Virus record (IMG/VR): IMGVR_UViG_3300045421_000122
Direction: 5' to 3' (one strand)
Source of the DNA: an uncultured virus (IMG/VR IMGVR_UViG_3300045421_000122)
Lineage: Duplodnaviria; Heunggongvirae; Uroviricota; Caudoviricetes
Length of the DNA: 20,000 nt
Below are positions 7,583 through 16,479 of this stretch, one piece after another. The first letter of the stretch is position 1. Every line of letters starts with the position of its first letter. The translations under genes were made by a program, and so were the position numbers. The notes beneath the pieces are model-generated. The model did not search any database. It worked only from the letters and a program-made list of their open reading frames with translations, and was not told the DNA's origin.

Positions 7583-10500
7583 TTATACTGGTGTGCCTAC
7601 CTTTACAGTCCATGTTGTGTCGTTGTATATTTTAATTTTATCTGCATCTATAGTCAAACCCTCTTCATCATCAAAGATTATTTTATTAGTTCCTATATAA
7701 GTTTCATAAATATCAACTGGATTTGCTCCATATCTATCTGATGATCCTATTACTAATACCCCTTCCCAAGTAGAAGAGTTAAGCCAATATTGCCAATTAT
7801 AATTTTCTCCGCCAAAAGATATAACCTGTTGCCATGGTCTGGTTAATCTGCTTTGAATCTGTTGTAGGTTATTTGCTTGATAGAAAGAAATGTTATTAAA
7901 AACAAATTGTCCATTGAGATTAATAGAACCTAAAAATAAATCGTAAAGTAATGAGTTAGAAAATCCAATTCCAAGAACTCCCCATTCATTTCTTGTAACA
8001 ACTGGCTCTCTTACAAGTTTTCCATTCCAATAGTAAGAAAGTCCGTCGTAAGACCCTCCAGAATTAAGACTTTTTGCATATATTCTAGCGCGATTACCAG
8101 TCTCACTATCTGCTACAAAATAAAATTTAATTGTGTCAGATTTATATTTAATATCAAAAAGTTCTACTGGTGTTTCAGGGAACTGCCTTTCATCATATTT
8201 CATCCACATCTGTACGGCGCTAACACGATAATTATCTGCTTTATTTATGTTAATTGGAACTGACAGCCCTCTGTTTATTAAAGGATCATAATCTCCACGA
8301 ACTTTTATTCCAGAACTTTTATTTAAATAAAGATAGGGGGTACTTCCTTTGTAAATGCTAAATGGATTTTTAGACTTGTAGTCATAATAAATTCCCGCTT
8401 TTTTGTATGGAAAAATATCTACTCCAAATCTAGTTCCTACTGGATTAAAAGAGTTGTCATTAAAAGCCTGAGATGCAAGTTCTAGTCTTTTTAATTTTAA
8501 TGGTTTCTTTAAAATACCACGAACATTAAAATCTAAATGAGTTACAACTGCAATATCATTAAAGTCAATGTTTTTAGCAGGATATATCAATGTATTATCT
8601 ACAACCTCAAACTTTGTTGTTTCCCAACTGTTAAAATCTGACATGTCAACAATAGAACCCTCTCTTGCCGTTCTAATCGTAGTAAAGTTAGACCTTGGGG
8701 CATTGGCTCCAAGATCAATATATTGAAATGTGATATAACTTCTAATTGATGCATCTTCTGTGTCGTACTCATAATATTTTTCTGTTTGCCCTGACATTTG
8801 CAAATAATTATCCCAGCCAGTAAATAAGTAATTATCTAATTGATCATAAGATCTTTGTATTGGATATTCATATGCATCTTTTAATTCTTGGTAGGTCCAG
8901 GTACTTGTTGATGCCTGATCAACCAATTCAGATGGAGGTGGATAAGCAATATTGAACTGTAAAAAGTCAAGTCCGTAATATAAATTTCCTGCTGAATCAT
9001 TAATAAATTGTGCAAAATATGATAGAGGCAAATAATCTTCCCAATATCCAGCAACTCCAATATCTAAGAAATATGTGTTGTATGCCTCTGTTGGTAATAA
9101 TGTGTAACTTGCTGTAAAGGCAATCAAGGACTCACCAGAGGTACTAACTGCAAATCCGTTACTAAAATAATCTTCATTTTCTTGTGCATTATAATCAGTT
9201 GATAATCCAAATGAATACAGTTTACCCTCAAATGTATTGGCAGCGGTTGTATCCCCTGATACATATAGTTCAAGACCATTTCTATTTCCAAAGAAAGAAG
9301 CGACATTGCCTCCAAACCTTTCAACCAGATCTGGAATATTAATACCTACCGCAAATATGTCATCTACCGATATTGAATTGAAGGTATATAAAGAGGTGCT
9401 TGCCCCATTGTAATACAAACTGTAGACAAGAGAGTCATCTTCTTGTATAACCTCAAAATAATTATTATTGGTTTTATTGTATATTTTAAATAATGTTTGT
9501 TCTATGGAGTTAACATTGTCATGACTGAATACTCCATATACCGCTTTTATTTCTTCATTTAAAATTTCAAAATTTGTAAAGTTATAGTAAGCATGAACAG
9601 AGTCCCAACTGGTACTTGGTCTAAAAGTTATGAACTTGTTGCTCTCATCTTGTATTTCTTGATTGGCATCATATAAATCTTGTAATGTTTCATCTTCTAT
9701 AAATATTGTTGGCAATTGATATTCTGGTGTTCCAATATAAGTTGAGGCCGTAAGCAAATTATCAAAACTGCCTTGATTCCAGGCAGCAAAATCTGGATAG
9801 GTATAGTTGGCGGTATAATCAGCAAAACCATAATCAATAAATGCTGTGGTGCCACCATAGCCAGAGTCAATGCTTTCTGAAGAAACAACGGCTTGTCCAT
9901 AAACCCATCTACGTTTTGCTACTGGAACTGGAACCTGATAGGGATATATAGCAACGCAATCTATTTCTATTGGAGATACATCTGTATATGAATAAAATCC
10001 AAGCCAATCTTGTTCATTATCATCATCTAAAATTGCTGGTAAATCCAAAGTGTCTGTGTTTATACTAAAATTTATTACTTCTTCACCATTAACTAAAACA
10101 GATGCATTGTTTCTAATTAAGCGCAAGTGAATAAGCATTGGTCTAAACCATTCGCCTACGAAATGAGATCCAAAATTATTTCCTATAACAAAAGTTAAAA
10201 ATCCACCCTCTACATATAATCCATCTGAGGATGATATTGGTCCAAATATTCTCTTAGGAGTGATTGCATTTGAATTTATTCTAGTCCAAAACTCTACAGT
10301 ATATTCTTTATATTGTCCAGCCTCATTTAAAAATCCTTTACCTGGAATTATTAAAGAAGGTTCTCCTTCTTCGTTTGGAGATAAAATAGTAGAATTGCTT
10401 GCACCATATACCATTGGAACGCTAGAGTTTCTTGCAACCAAAGCATTATCATTAATTAAATAATATCCTGATTCTCCACCTAAACCATAAGCCTCTGCTT

Positions 10501-11164
10501 CAACTCCACTGGTTGTAGCAATGGCTATGGTATGAGAGGTAATTGCTGCTCCTGCTACTCCAAGTGAATAATTGTTATGCTCTTCTGACCACTGTCCTAC
10601 GCTAATTCCATTAATATAAAATGCAGTTGTTGATGTTGCTGCTCCTCCGTTAAAGGTTGCTTTTATAACTGCTCTCATTGTTGTATTTTCATTTGGAATT
10701 TCAAATGTTCCAGATACAAACCCCCAACTAGCATTTAAACTTGTATCAAAAGTATTTAGTTCTTGTACATCTAATGCTGTTGTAGTATCTGTATATTCAT
10801 ATCCTATTGATACTGAATCTAAAACAGCAGAAGAATCAAAAAAATATGAACCAACTGCAAATGTTGCAAGGGTTGAATTTAAACTAGAAAAATTTACTAA
10901 GTCATCACTTATGCAAGTAATTGTAAAACTGGTATTTGCTGGAATTACTAAATTTAATTTATTAACTACGCTATCTGTAAAAGGCTCTACAGAAGGAGCA
11001 CTTGTTGAAGCAATAGATGTTACATTAGTTCTGATCCAACTAGTAAAAGCCCTTTGTGCTTCTGTTATTAATGTTAAATAATCAGCGGTATCGTCTAATG
11101 CCCACAGCGTTGTAGGGTGCTCTGCAAATATTTTTTCTGCATATAAATTAGACGGGTTAGACAT
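7583..11164 (-). CDS. Large virion-associated protein with concanavalin A/LamG-like beta-sandwich segments, 1193 aa
   Basis: SD AGGAG before ATG; N-terminal 'IFAEHPTTLWALDD' and 'YTVEFW...GEWFRPMLIHL...ASVLVNGEEV...IDCVAIY' are LamG-like patterns; acidic and aromatic-rich. Exact role (tail tip or baseplate) not determinable. Confidence 0.65.
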   Translation of the reverse strand: MSNPSNLYAEKIFAEHPTTLWALDDTADYLTLITEAQRAFTSWIRTNVTSIASTSAPSVEPFTDSVVNKLNLVIPANTSFTITCISDDLVNFSSLNSTLATFAVGSYFFDSSAVLDSVSIGYEYTDTTTALDVQELNTFDTSLNASWGFVSGTFEIPNENTTMRAVIKATFNGGAATSTTAFYINGISVGQWSEEHNNYSLGVAGAAITSHTIAIATTSGVEAEAYGLGGESGYYLINDNALVARNSSVPMVYGASNSTILSPNEEGEPSLIIPGKGFLNEAGQYKEYTVEFWTRINSNAITPKRIFGPISSSDGLYVEGGFLTFVIGNNFGSHFVGEWFRPMLIHLRLIRNNASVLVNGEEVINFSINTDTLDLPAILDDDNEQDWLGFYSYTDVSPIEIDCVAIYPYQVPVPVAKRRWVYGQAVVSSESIDSGYGGTTAFIDYGFADYTANYTYPDFAAWNQGSFDNLLTASTYIGTPEYQLPTIFIEDETLQDLYDANQEIQDESNKFITFRPSTSWDSVHAYYNFTNFEILNEEIKAVYGVFSHDNVNSIEQTLFKIYNKTNNNYFEVIQEDDSLVYSLYYNGASTSLYTFNSISVDDIFAVGINIPDLVERFGGNVASFFGNRNGLELYVSGDTTAANTFEGKLYSFGLSTDYNAQENEDYFSNGFAVSTSGESLIAFTASYTLLPTEAYNTYFLDIGVAGYWEDYLPLSYFAQFINDSAGNLYYGLDFLQFNIAYPPPSELVDQASTSTWTYQELKDAYEYPIQRSYDQLDNYLFTGWDNYLQMSGQTEKYYEYDTEDASIRSYITFQYIDLGANAPRSNFTTIRTAREGSIVDMSDFNSWETTKFEVVDNTLIYPAKNIDFNDIAVVTHLDFNVRGILKKPLKLKRLELASQAFNDNSFNPVGTRFGVDIFPYKKAGIYYDYKSKNPFSIYKGSTPYLYLNKSSGIKVRGDYDPLINRGLSVPININKADNYRVSAVQMWMKYDERQFPETPVELFDIKYKSDTIKFYFVADSETGNRARIYAKSLNSGGSYDGLSYYWNGKLVREPVVTRNEWGVLGIGFSNSLLYDLFLGSINLNGQFVFNNISFYQANNLQQIQSRLTRPWQQVISFGGENYNWQYWLNSSTWEGVLVIGSSDRYGANPVDIYETYIGTNKIIFDDEEGLTIDADKIKIYNDTTWTVKVGTPV

Positions 11165-11181
11165 ATTTCTCCTATCCCCTT

Positions 11182-11190
11182 ATTATATCA
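11182..11190 (-). promoter_or_regulatory. Extended -10 promoter motif TGATATAAT
   Basis: Exact motif in the 35-nt gap between the RNR stop and the 1193-aa gene; followed by an SD. Confidence 0.75.
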
Positions 11191-11199
11191 GGGCAAGAA

Positions 11200-13230
11200 C
11201 TAATATAATTTAATCTCACATGCGTCTGTTGAGCAATATTTCTCAGACTCTGCATCAAGATTATCTTTGCCATCATAAATAGCAGACCAATCAATTTTAC
11301 GAATTGTTCCAATATAAGAGTTATACTCTTCCTTTGTTATTTGAGTATATGGTTGTTGTGGGTATGTTTGATTGCCCATTGGCAAAAATGATACTGCCTT
11401 TAATTGCCCTTCGTACATATGAAGCGCTGGAGCAATATGCTTAGATTCTAACTCTTTATCAAATGAAAGAGTTACAGATACGCCATTGTCAGACCAATAC
11501 TTTTGAGCGGTAGCAGCCAAACCAATTTTTTCAAAAAGACTTACATCTTTCTCTGATCTTGAATGTCCTGATGCAACTGGGAAGTAAACTACTGAAGTGT
11601 TTGCTGATACAACATCTGGTTCAATTTTATACCCTGCTGCTTTAAATAAATGAATCATTGGATCTGTATTTCCAAACCTTATAGCACGAAGATAAAATTC
11701 TCCACCAGGACCCCAGTGAACACCAGGGGTAGCACCAGAAAGTAGTGACACAGATCCAGAAGGTTTAACAGTAGTTACACGAATTGATTCTCTTACACAC
11801 AACCACTCTGAATAAGAGTGATCGTATGATCGAATTTTTTTATACCCTTCGTCCATCCACTCACGAATTACTGGCATACCTTTTGTATCTGCAAATGATG
11901 CAATACCAGTTAAAGATGTTCCAATACGACGATTGCGTTGCATAATTCCATTTGTATTTTGCCAATGTGTTGGCATAAGAGTAACAGTCTTACCATACAA
12001 ATATGCAAACTTTAATGTACGAAGAAAATCTTCTTTATCTTCATGACGATTTAAATGAACTTCTACAAGTGTGCATAGTTCATAAGATTCTAATGGTTGT
12101 TCTGCACATGGATTAAATCCCATAACACGAGAATCTTTATAATCTGGAGCATCTGCAAGTCTTCCGTAATCTCTAGCAACATCTAACCAAATAAATCCTG
12201 GTTCGCCATTATTTGAAATTAAATTAACATATTCCTCATACTTTGTTCCAACCTCTGCAGCGATAGAGTTATTTGACATCCACGCCCATCCTGGTTTTTC
12301 TGAATCAAATGAATTTCTATCTGGAAAAATCTCTGCATTTTTTAAATTAATAAAATTTTGATCTCCTGGTAGCCCCAAAGCCAAGGTGGCAGAACGACGA
12401 ACATTTCCAGAAACAACACATGTGCCAATAAGATTAACAATATCTACAATTGCTCTAGAATCAAGTTTTTCTCCTGCTCTGCTGCCAATTACTGCCTCTA
12501 TCTTCTTATGTAAGGCAACAAGTGGTGCTGGACCGCTAGCAACCCCTCCAAAGCCTTTTATGGGGGCACCTAAAGGACGGATAAGGTCATAGTTAAACTT
12601 TTGTATAGCCTGATTGGGGCGCAGGTATGAGTTTAAAAGCATTCTTAAAGAGTCTACCCAGCCTTCACGAGTATCTGGAATATCCCATATATTTTTTGGC
12701 TCTATTGGAGCATAGATAAGCATTTCTTTGTCTTGGCCAATTGTGTCAAACCCTACACCAATACCTAACATTAAAGCATCCATAACCCAAGCAAATAAGG
12801 CTCCTGGATCATTCCGATCAATCTCGCGAGTAGAAACCATTGCACAGTTTTGCAGAGATGCAGAGTTTCTTTTTTCCATAGTCATAGGAGTTCCAAACGC
12901 CCACAAGCCACGACCTGGGGGAGTCCATTTTAAATTAAACATTCTGTCATAGGCTTCTTGAGCAGACTTCTGGGCTTTATTGTCATTCCAGGGTAGTCTA
13001 TTGTCTTTAGCATGATTTTTTTGTACTGAATACATTCCTTCAATTACCCGCTTACAAACCTCGTGCCATCTTTCTTTTGTGCCGTCTTGTTTTATACGAG
13101 AATATGTACGAATAAAAGTAATTTCACCCAATGAATTAGAGCCTGCATCTGTAAAACCAAATGGAGGCTCTATTGTTTTATATTTATTAACAAATTCATC
13201 TAATAAATGAAAAGAAAATACGTCTGTCAT
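11200..13230 (-). CDS. nrdJ: Class II adenosylcobalamin-dependent ribonucleotide reductase, monomeric RTPR type (start revised to ATG 13230)
   Basis: 'TFIRTYSR', 'PPGRGLW', 'LQNC', 'VVSGNVRRSA', 'GFNPCAEQPLESYELCTL' (thiyl-radical Cys), 'TTVKPSGSVS' and C-terminal 'CSTDAC' redox pair; no ATP cone; SD GAAAGGGA before ATG 13230. Confidence 0.93.
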   Translation of the reverse strand: MTDVFSFHLLDEFVNKYKTIEPPFGFTDAGSNSLGEITFIRTYSRIKQDGTKERWHEVCKRVIEGMYSVQKNHAKDNRLPWNDNKAQKSAQEAYDRMFNLKWTPPGRGLWAFGTPMTMEKRNSASLQNCAMVSTREIDRNDPGALFAWVMDALMLGIGVGFDTIGQDKEMLIYAPIEPKNIWDIPDTREGWVDSLRMLLNSYLRPNQAIQKFNYDLIRPLGAPIKGFGGVASGPAPLVALHKKIEAVIGSRAGEKLDSRAIVDIVNLIGTCVVSGNVRRSATLALGLPGDQNFINLKNAEIFPDRNSFDSEKPGWAWMSNNSIAAEVGTKYEEYVNLISNNGEPGFIWLDVARDYGRLADAPDYKDSRVMGFNPCAEQPLESYELCTLVEVHLNRHEDKEDFLRTLKFAYLYGKTVTLMPTHWQNTNGIMQRNRRIGTSLTGIASFADTKGMPVIREWMDEGYKKIRSYDHSYSEWLCVRESIRVTTVKPSGSVSLLSGATPGVHWGPGGEFYLRAIRFGNTDPMIHLFKAAGYKIEPDVVSANTSVVYFPVASGHSRSEKDVSLFEKIGLAATAQKYWSDNGVSVTLSFDKELESKHIAPALHMYEGQLKAVSFLPMGNQTYPQQPYTQITKEEYNSYIGTIRKIDWSAIYDGKDNLDAESEKYCSTDACEIKLY

Positions 13231-13259
13231 TGTAATCCCTTTCCACAAAAAATAAGATT

Positions 13260-13284
13260 AGTGCTTTTAAATTTTCAAAGCACT
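13260..13284. promoter_or_regulatory. Palindromic operator-like site 1, AGTGCTTT-N9-AAAGCACT, at the predicted nrdJ +1
   Basis: Perfect 8-bp inverted arms with a 9-nt spacer, starting 4 nt downstream of the TATACT box. Confidence 0.65.
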
Positions 13285-13288
13285 CTCT

Positions 13289-13297
13289 AGTATAGCA
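13289..13297 (-). promoter_or_regulatory. Extended -10 promoter (TG)TGCTATACT for nrdJ
   Basis: TGTGCTATACT 58 nt upstream of the ATG; AT-rich upstream region; no -35 match at 16-18 bp spacing. Confidence 0.7.
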
Positions 13298-13364
13298 CAA
13301 ATTTTTATAACAAAAAGTTATAATTTACGATTGTTTTATAAAAAAAACTATAAAGTAAAGGTTG

Positions 13365-13389
13365 AGTGCTTTTATTTTTGTAAAGCAGT
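13365..13389. promoter_or_regulatory. Palindromic operator-like site 2, AGTGCTTT-N9-AAAGCAGT
   Basis: 15 of 16 arm positions identical to site 1, same 9-nt spacer length, offset 105 bp. Confidence 0.6.
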
Positions 13390-13391
13390 TA

Positions 13392-14030
13392 TTAAATTGA
13401 TCCACCTAATTTAACTTGTCCCCATGTTAAAGCAGGGAAGTTGCCACTAGTAATAACAGTGCCACTAACGTTAGGAAGAGTAATTGTGCGATCTGCAGTT
13501 GGGTCTACAAGCGTTAAGGTTGTTTCGTATTCGTCAGCGGTAGCCCCTTCAAAAACAAGTGATTGTACTACACTTGTAGATTCAACTGTTGTAGTTGTAC
13601 CACTTACGGTTAGGTTTCCAGATATAGATACGTTTCCACTATCATCTGCAAGAACAAGAGTTCCAGTTGAGTTTGGAATAGTAATTGTTCTATCTGCTGT
13701 AGGATCTGTCACTACTAAACTTGTTTCAAAAGCATCAGCAGTTGCGCCTTCAAACACAATACCTGCTGGAGCAAGAATGTTTTTGGAAGCATCTAATTCT
13801 GCAATACCGTTTGCAGCACTTTTTTCACTATCTAAAATATATGATCCAAGGCTGTCTCCTAGAGTTGAAGAGTTTTCTATGTAATAAAGTGATGACCAAG
13901 CAGTGCTGCCATCACCAATTTTCATTTGACCAAGGGTGCTGTTATAGCCAATTTCTCCCTCTTCAAGAGTGGGGTTGGCGGCATCCCATTCGCCTGTTGT
14001 TCCTCTACGAACTTGAATTCTAGTTGCCAT
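13392..14030 (-). CDS. Tail-fibre-like protein with Mtd-N/hyaluronidase-type N-terminal domain and two 36-aa repeats, 212 aa
   Basis: 'RIQVRRGT..EW..ANPTLEEGEIGY....GQMKIGDG..AWSSL.Y' is the major-tropism-determinant N-terminal domain pattern. Confidence 0.8.
   Translation of the reverse strand: MATRIQVRRGTTGEWDAANPTLEEGEIGYNSTLGQMKIGDGSTAWSSLYYIENSSTLGDSLGSYILDSEKSAANGIAELDASKNILAPAGIVFEGATADAFETSLVVTDPTADRTITIPNSTGTLVLADDSGNVSISGNLTVSGTTTTVESTSVVQSLVFEGATADEYETTLTLVDPTADRTITLPNVSGTVITSGNFPALTWGQVKLGGSI
13452..13760 (-). repeat. Two 108-nt (36-aa) intragenic repeats, 13653-13760 and 13452-13559
   Basis: IVFEGATADAFETSLVVTDPTADRTITIPNSTGTLV versus LVFEGATADEYETTLTLVDPTADRTITLPNVSGTVI. Confidence 0.9.
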
Positions 14031-14054
14031 AGTTACCTTTTCTCAATTACAGTT

Positions 14055-14063
14055 ATTATATCA
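14055..14063 (-). promoter_or_regulatory. Extended -10 promoter motif TGATATAAT; its TGA is the upstream stop codon
   Basis: Exact motif; 14061-14063 is the stop of the 121-aa gene. Confidence 0.75.
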
Positions 14064-14426
14064 GAATTGGTCATATGGAGTTCCTCCATCTGCAAAAGGC
14101 AAGGCATTTGTAAAAGTGGTTGCTACCAATCCACCGTCTAATTTTGCAAATAATGTGGGATATGTAATTCCATTACCATCATATTCTGATTGGGCATCAA
14201 AGTAAGTGGCTAATGGGTTCCATTCTGCATTGTAATAAAAATAAATACGTTCTGTTACTGTATATAAAAATAAATCACCATTGCTTGGTGATGCTGGAAA
14301 TGAATTACCTACTGTTAATCCTCCGCCAGTAAAGGCGGTAGTTTGAGTAGTATTATCTGGGAAAGTAACTCCAGTAGCAACCTTGAGTCCTGCTTTTACA
14401 ACAAAATCTTTATCAAATGTTGCCAC
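14061..14426 (-). CDS. Short fibre-like virion protein, 121 aa (GTG start)
   Basis: N-terminus MATFDKDFVVKAGL parallels the upstream gene; 'GVTFPDNTTQTTA', 'FPASPSNGDLF...IYFYYNAEW' and C-terminal 'DGG' motifs are common phage fibre modules. Confidence 0.7.
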   Translation of the reverse strand: MATFDKDFVVKAGLKVATGVTFPDNTTQTTAFTGGGLTVGNSFPASPSNGDLFLYTVTERIYFYYNAEWNPLATYFDAQSEYDGNGITYPTLFAKLDGGLVATTFTNALPFADGGTPYDQF

Positions 14427-14455
14427 TGAAGTTCACTTATCCCTTCGTGGTCACA

Positions 14456-16015
14456 TTACGCTTCGATAAGCGTCTTGTGTACCTTTACTGTTACGCTAGC
14501 ACCTGTTGCAGTTACTTTTAGACGTACGTTTCCGCCATTGTAATCTGCGTCGGTGGTTCCAAGTTGTTCATTGCTAATAACATCAGCATACTCTGTAATG
14601 TAAACGTTGTTATTTCCATCAACATTTACAAGCACTTCGATGGTTTCAATATCATTTCCTACACGCATTTGAACAAGATATTTTGCACTCCTGTAGTTTG
14701 TTGCTGACCATGAATCAATAACTGATCCGCTGGTTGTAGCAGTTGCAGTTGCTGTTGCTATTTCAGCGTCTGTAAGAGTAACAGCGCTAGCGGTTAAAGC
14801 ATTTGTAAGAGTTAAAGAACCAAATGTTGGAGTTGCTGCTGTATGAATATTCTGTGGTAAAGACAGAGTTACTGCTCCAGTTGAAGCAGATACAGTTATT
14901 TGATTTGAAGTTCCTGTTAATCCTGTAACACCTACGTTAGTAACTGTTAAGGAGTCGGCAGATGTTGATACCGCTACTGCAATACCAGTTCCAGCAGCAA
15001 ATGTAAATGTATCATTTGAACTGTCTGGAGTTGCTGTTTGAGTACCGTCTGTAAAATTTGCAAAGTTATTAAATGTTGCATCTCCAACCAAAGCAATTGC
15101 CTTGGAAGTAGTTGAATCATTTACATACCATTTATCATCTGATTCATTCCAGAATAGAGATGCATTTGTTGAACTACCACGCTCAACTTCAATACCTGCG
15201 TCAATTGACGGAGCACCTGTAACGTTGCTATTAAGAAGAATTAAATTATCTTCTACAGCAAGAGTCTCTGTATTAAGAGTAGTTGTGCTTCCATTAACTG
15301 TTAAGTTTCCAGTAACAGTTAGGTTGTTACCAATTGTTACATTATCTGGAAGACCAACTGTAATTGAGCCAGTTGAAGCAGAAATCTCAACCTCATTAGC
15401 AGTTCCAGTAAGTTGTGTAACACCACTGTTGGTTACTGTAATTGTGTCTGTAGATGTTGCTGCTGCTAGAGTAATACCAGTTCCAGCAGTAAGAGTTACA
15501 GTGTCATCATTTGAATCTGCTGCAATTGTTGCTCCACCTGTAATTGCAATATTTTTGAAAATATTTTGTGAAGAACCTTTATCATCGTTTGCTACTACAA
15601 TTGCAGAACTTTCTCCAATTGTTCCAGATGAAATTGTGATTCCTGTGCCAGATGTAACAGATGCTACATAGTCACCTGTTGTGTCTGTGCCAAGTGCAAC
15701 AGAGTCTGCTGCAATGGATGCGGTAAGAGTTGCGTTTGCAAGATCTGTAATTGTTACAGCACCTGAAAGATCTCCACCAAGTGTAATTGTAAAATCTGCA
15801 ACATCAAAATCTAGTGTGTTGTCTGCATCTTGGTAAGTTACTGAAATACCAGATTCGGTATTACCTGATATCATTGCTCCTACGGTATCTGCAACATACT
15901 CTGCTAAAAATGATGTTGATGCTTCCGTAAGAACGTTTTGACCATTGACGGTAGCCGTACTACCTTCAACAACTAAACCATTTTTAATTCGAAAGTCTTT
16001 GTCTACTGTTGCCAT
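14456..16015 (-). CDS. Long tail-fibre-like protein, T/S/G/A-rich, 519 aa
   Basis: SD AAGGAG; 'GNLTVNGSTTTLNTETLAVEDNLILLN...AGIEVERG...WNESDDKW' fibre module, two ~73-aa repeats and a C-terminal 'RSAKYLVQ...TEYA' domain. Confidence 0.8.
   Translation of the reverse strand: MATVDKDFRIKNGLVVEGSTATVNGQNVLTEASTSFLAEYVADTVGAMISGNTESGISVTYQDADNTLDFDVADFTITLGGDLSGAVTITDLANATLTASIAADSVALGTDTTGDYVASVTSGTGITISSGTIGESSAIVVANDDKGSSQNIFKNIAITGGATIAADSNDDTVTLTAGTGITLAAATSTDTITVTNSGVTQLTGTANEVEISASTGSITVGLPDNVTIGNNLTVTGNLTVNGSTTTLNTETLAVEDNLILLNSNVTGAPSIDAGIEVERGSSTNASLFWNESDDKWYVNDSTTSKAIALVGDATFNNFANFTDGTQTATPDSSNDTFTFAAGTGIAVAVSTSADSLTVTNVGVTGLTGTSNQITVSASTGAVTLSLPQNIHTAATPTFGSLTLTNALTASAVTLTDAEIATATATATTSGSVIDSWSATNYRSAKYLVQMRVGNDIETIEVLVNVDGNNNVYITEYADVISNEQLGTTDADYNGGNVRLKVTATGASVTVKVHKTLIEA
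14846..15559 (-). repeat. Two diverged ~73-aa repeats (15338-15559 and 14846-15064)
   Basis: F...ADSNDDTVTLTAGTGITLA..TSTDTITVTNSGVTQLTGTANEVEISASTGSITVGLPDNV versus F...PDSSNDTFTFAAGTGIAVA..TSADSLTVTNVGVTGLTGTSNQITVSASTGAVTLSLPQNI. Confidence 0.85.
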
Positions 16016-16033
16016 TTTTTCTCCTTATCGGCG

Positions 16034-16471
16034 TCAGGCCTTCAAACCAGTGCGGTAATACCTTATGGTCATCGGACTTAGAACGGGGGTAACCGTCATG
16101 CTAATTGTACCAGAATTTAATGATGCAGATAGTGTTCCAACATCACTGTTTGTGTTTTTAACAGAACCGTATTCTGTTATATTTTGATTGGTACCATCAA
16201 AAATTAAGTTTATTTCACTGGTTCTATATGAAGAACTTGAGGCATGGGATAATTGAATTAAATATTTAACAGTTCTAAAAACTGTAGTATCTATAGTATC
16301 AAATACTGTTGCTGATTCTATTCCATTAATTGTTAGGCTATTATTTCCATCCCCGCCTAAAGAATCTGCACGATATGAAGTGGTATCAATTAAATCAACA
16401 AAGTCTGCCCCTGTTGGAATATCACCAGTTTCAAATTTAGTTTTTAGTGTATTAATTGGAATTACAGCCAT
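16034..16471 (-). CDS. Virion protein sharing the C-terminal beta domain of the 519-aa fibre, 145 aa
   Basis: N-terminal 'LKTKFETGDIPTGADFVDLID' anchor-like motif; 'RTVKYLIQ...SEINLIFDG...ITEYG' aligns by eye with the C-terminus of the next gene. Confidence 0.75.
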   Translation of the reverse strand: MAVIPINTLKTKFETGDIPTGADFVDLIDTTSYRADSLGGDGNNSLTINGIESATVFDTIDTTVFRTVKYLIQLSHASSSSYRTSEINLIFDGTNQNITEYGSVKNTNSDVGTLSASLNSGTISMTVTPVLSPMTIRYYRTGLKA

Positions 16472-16479
16472 AATGAATG

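Noticed and set aside
11177..11193. Short inverted repeat CCCT/AGGG flanking the -10 motif, suggesting hairpin promoters
   Set aside because: Only 4 bp and not consistently present at the other seven promoter copies.
11200..13230. Intein or intron in the RNR, or in portal/capsid genes
   Set aside because: ORFs are continuous, of ordinary length, with no intein splice or homing-endonuclease motifs visible.
13365..13389. Upstream palindrome as terminator of the 212-aa gene
   Set aside because: Weak AT-rich stem with no adjacent U-tract on the minus strand; identity with the second copy fits a binding site better, though termination is not excluded.
13231..13391. Cobalamin riboswitch or NrdR boxes upstream of nrdJ
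   Set aside because: The predicted leader is only ~55 nt and AT-rich with no B12-box; I see no match to the NrdR consensus acaCwAtATaTwGtgt.
13392..14030. Diversity-generating retroelement target, suggested by the Mtd-N-like domain and internal repeat
   Set aside because: Repeat copies are both in-frame, differ at all base types rather than only adenines, there is no C-type-lectin-like C-terminus and no reverse transcriptase in the window.
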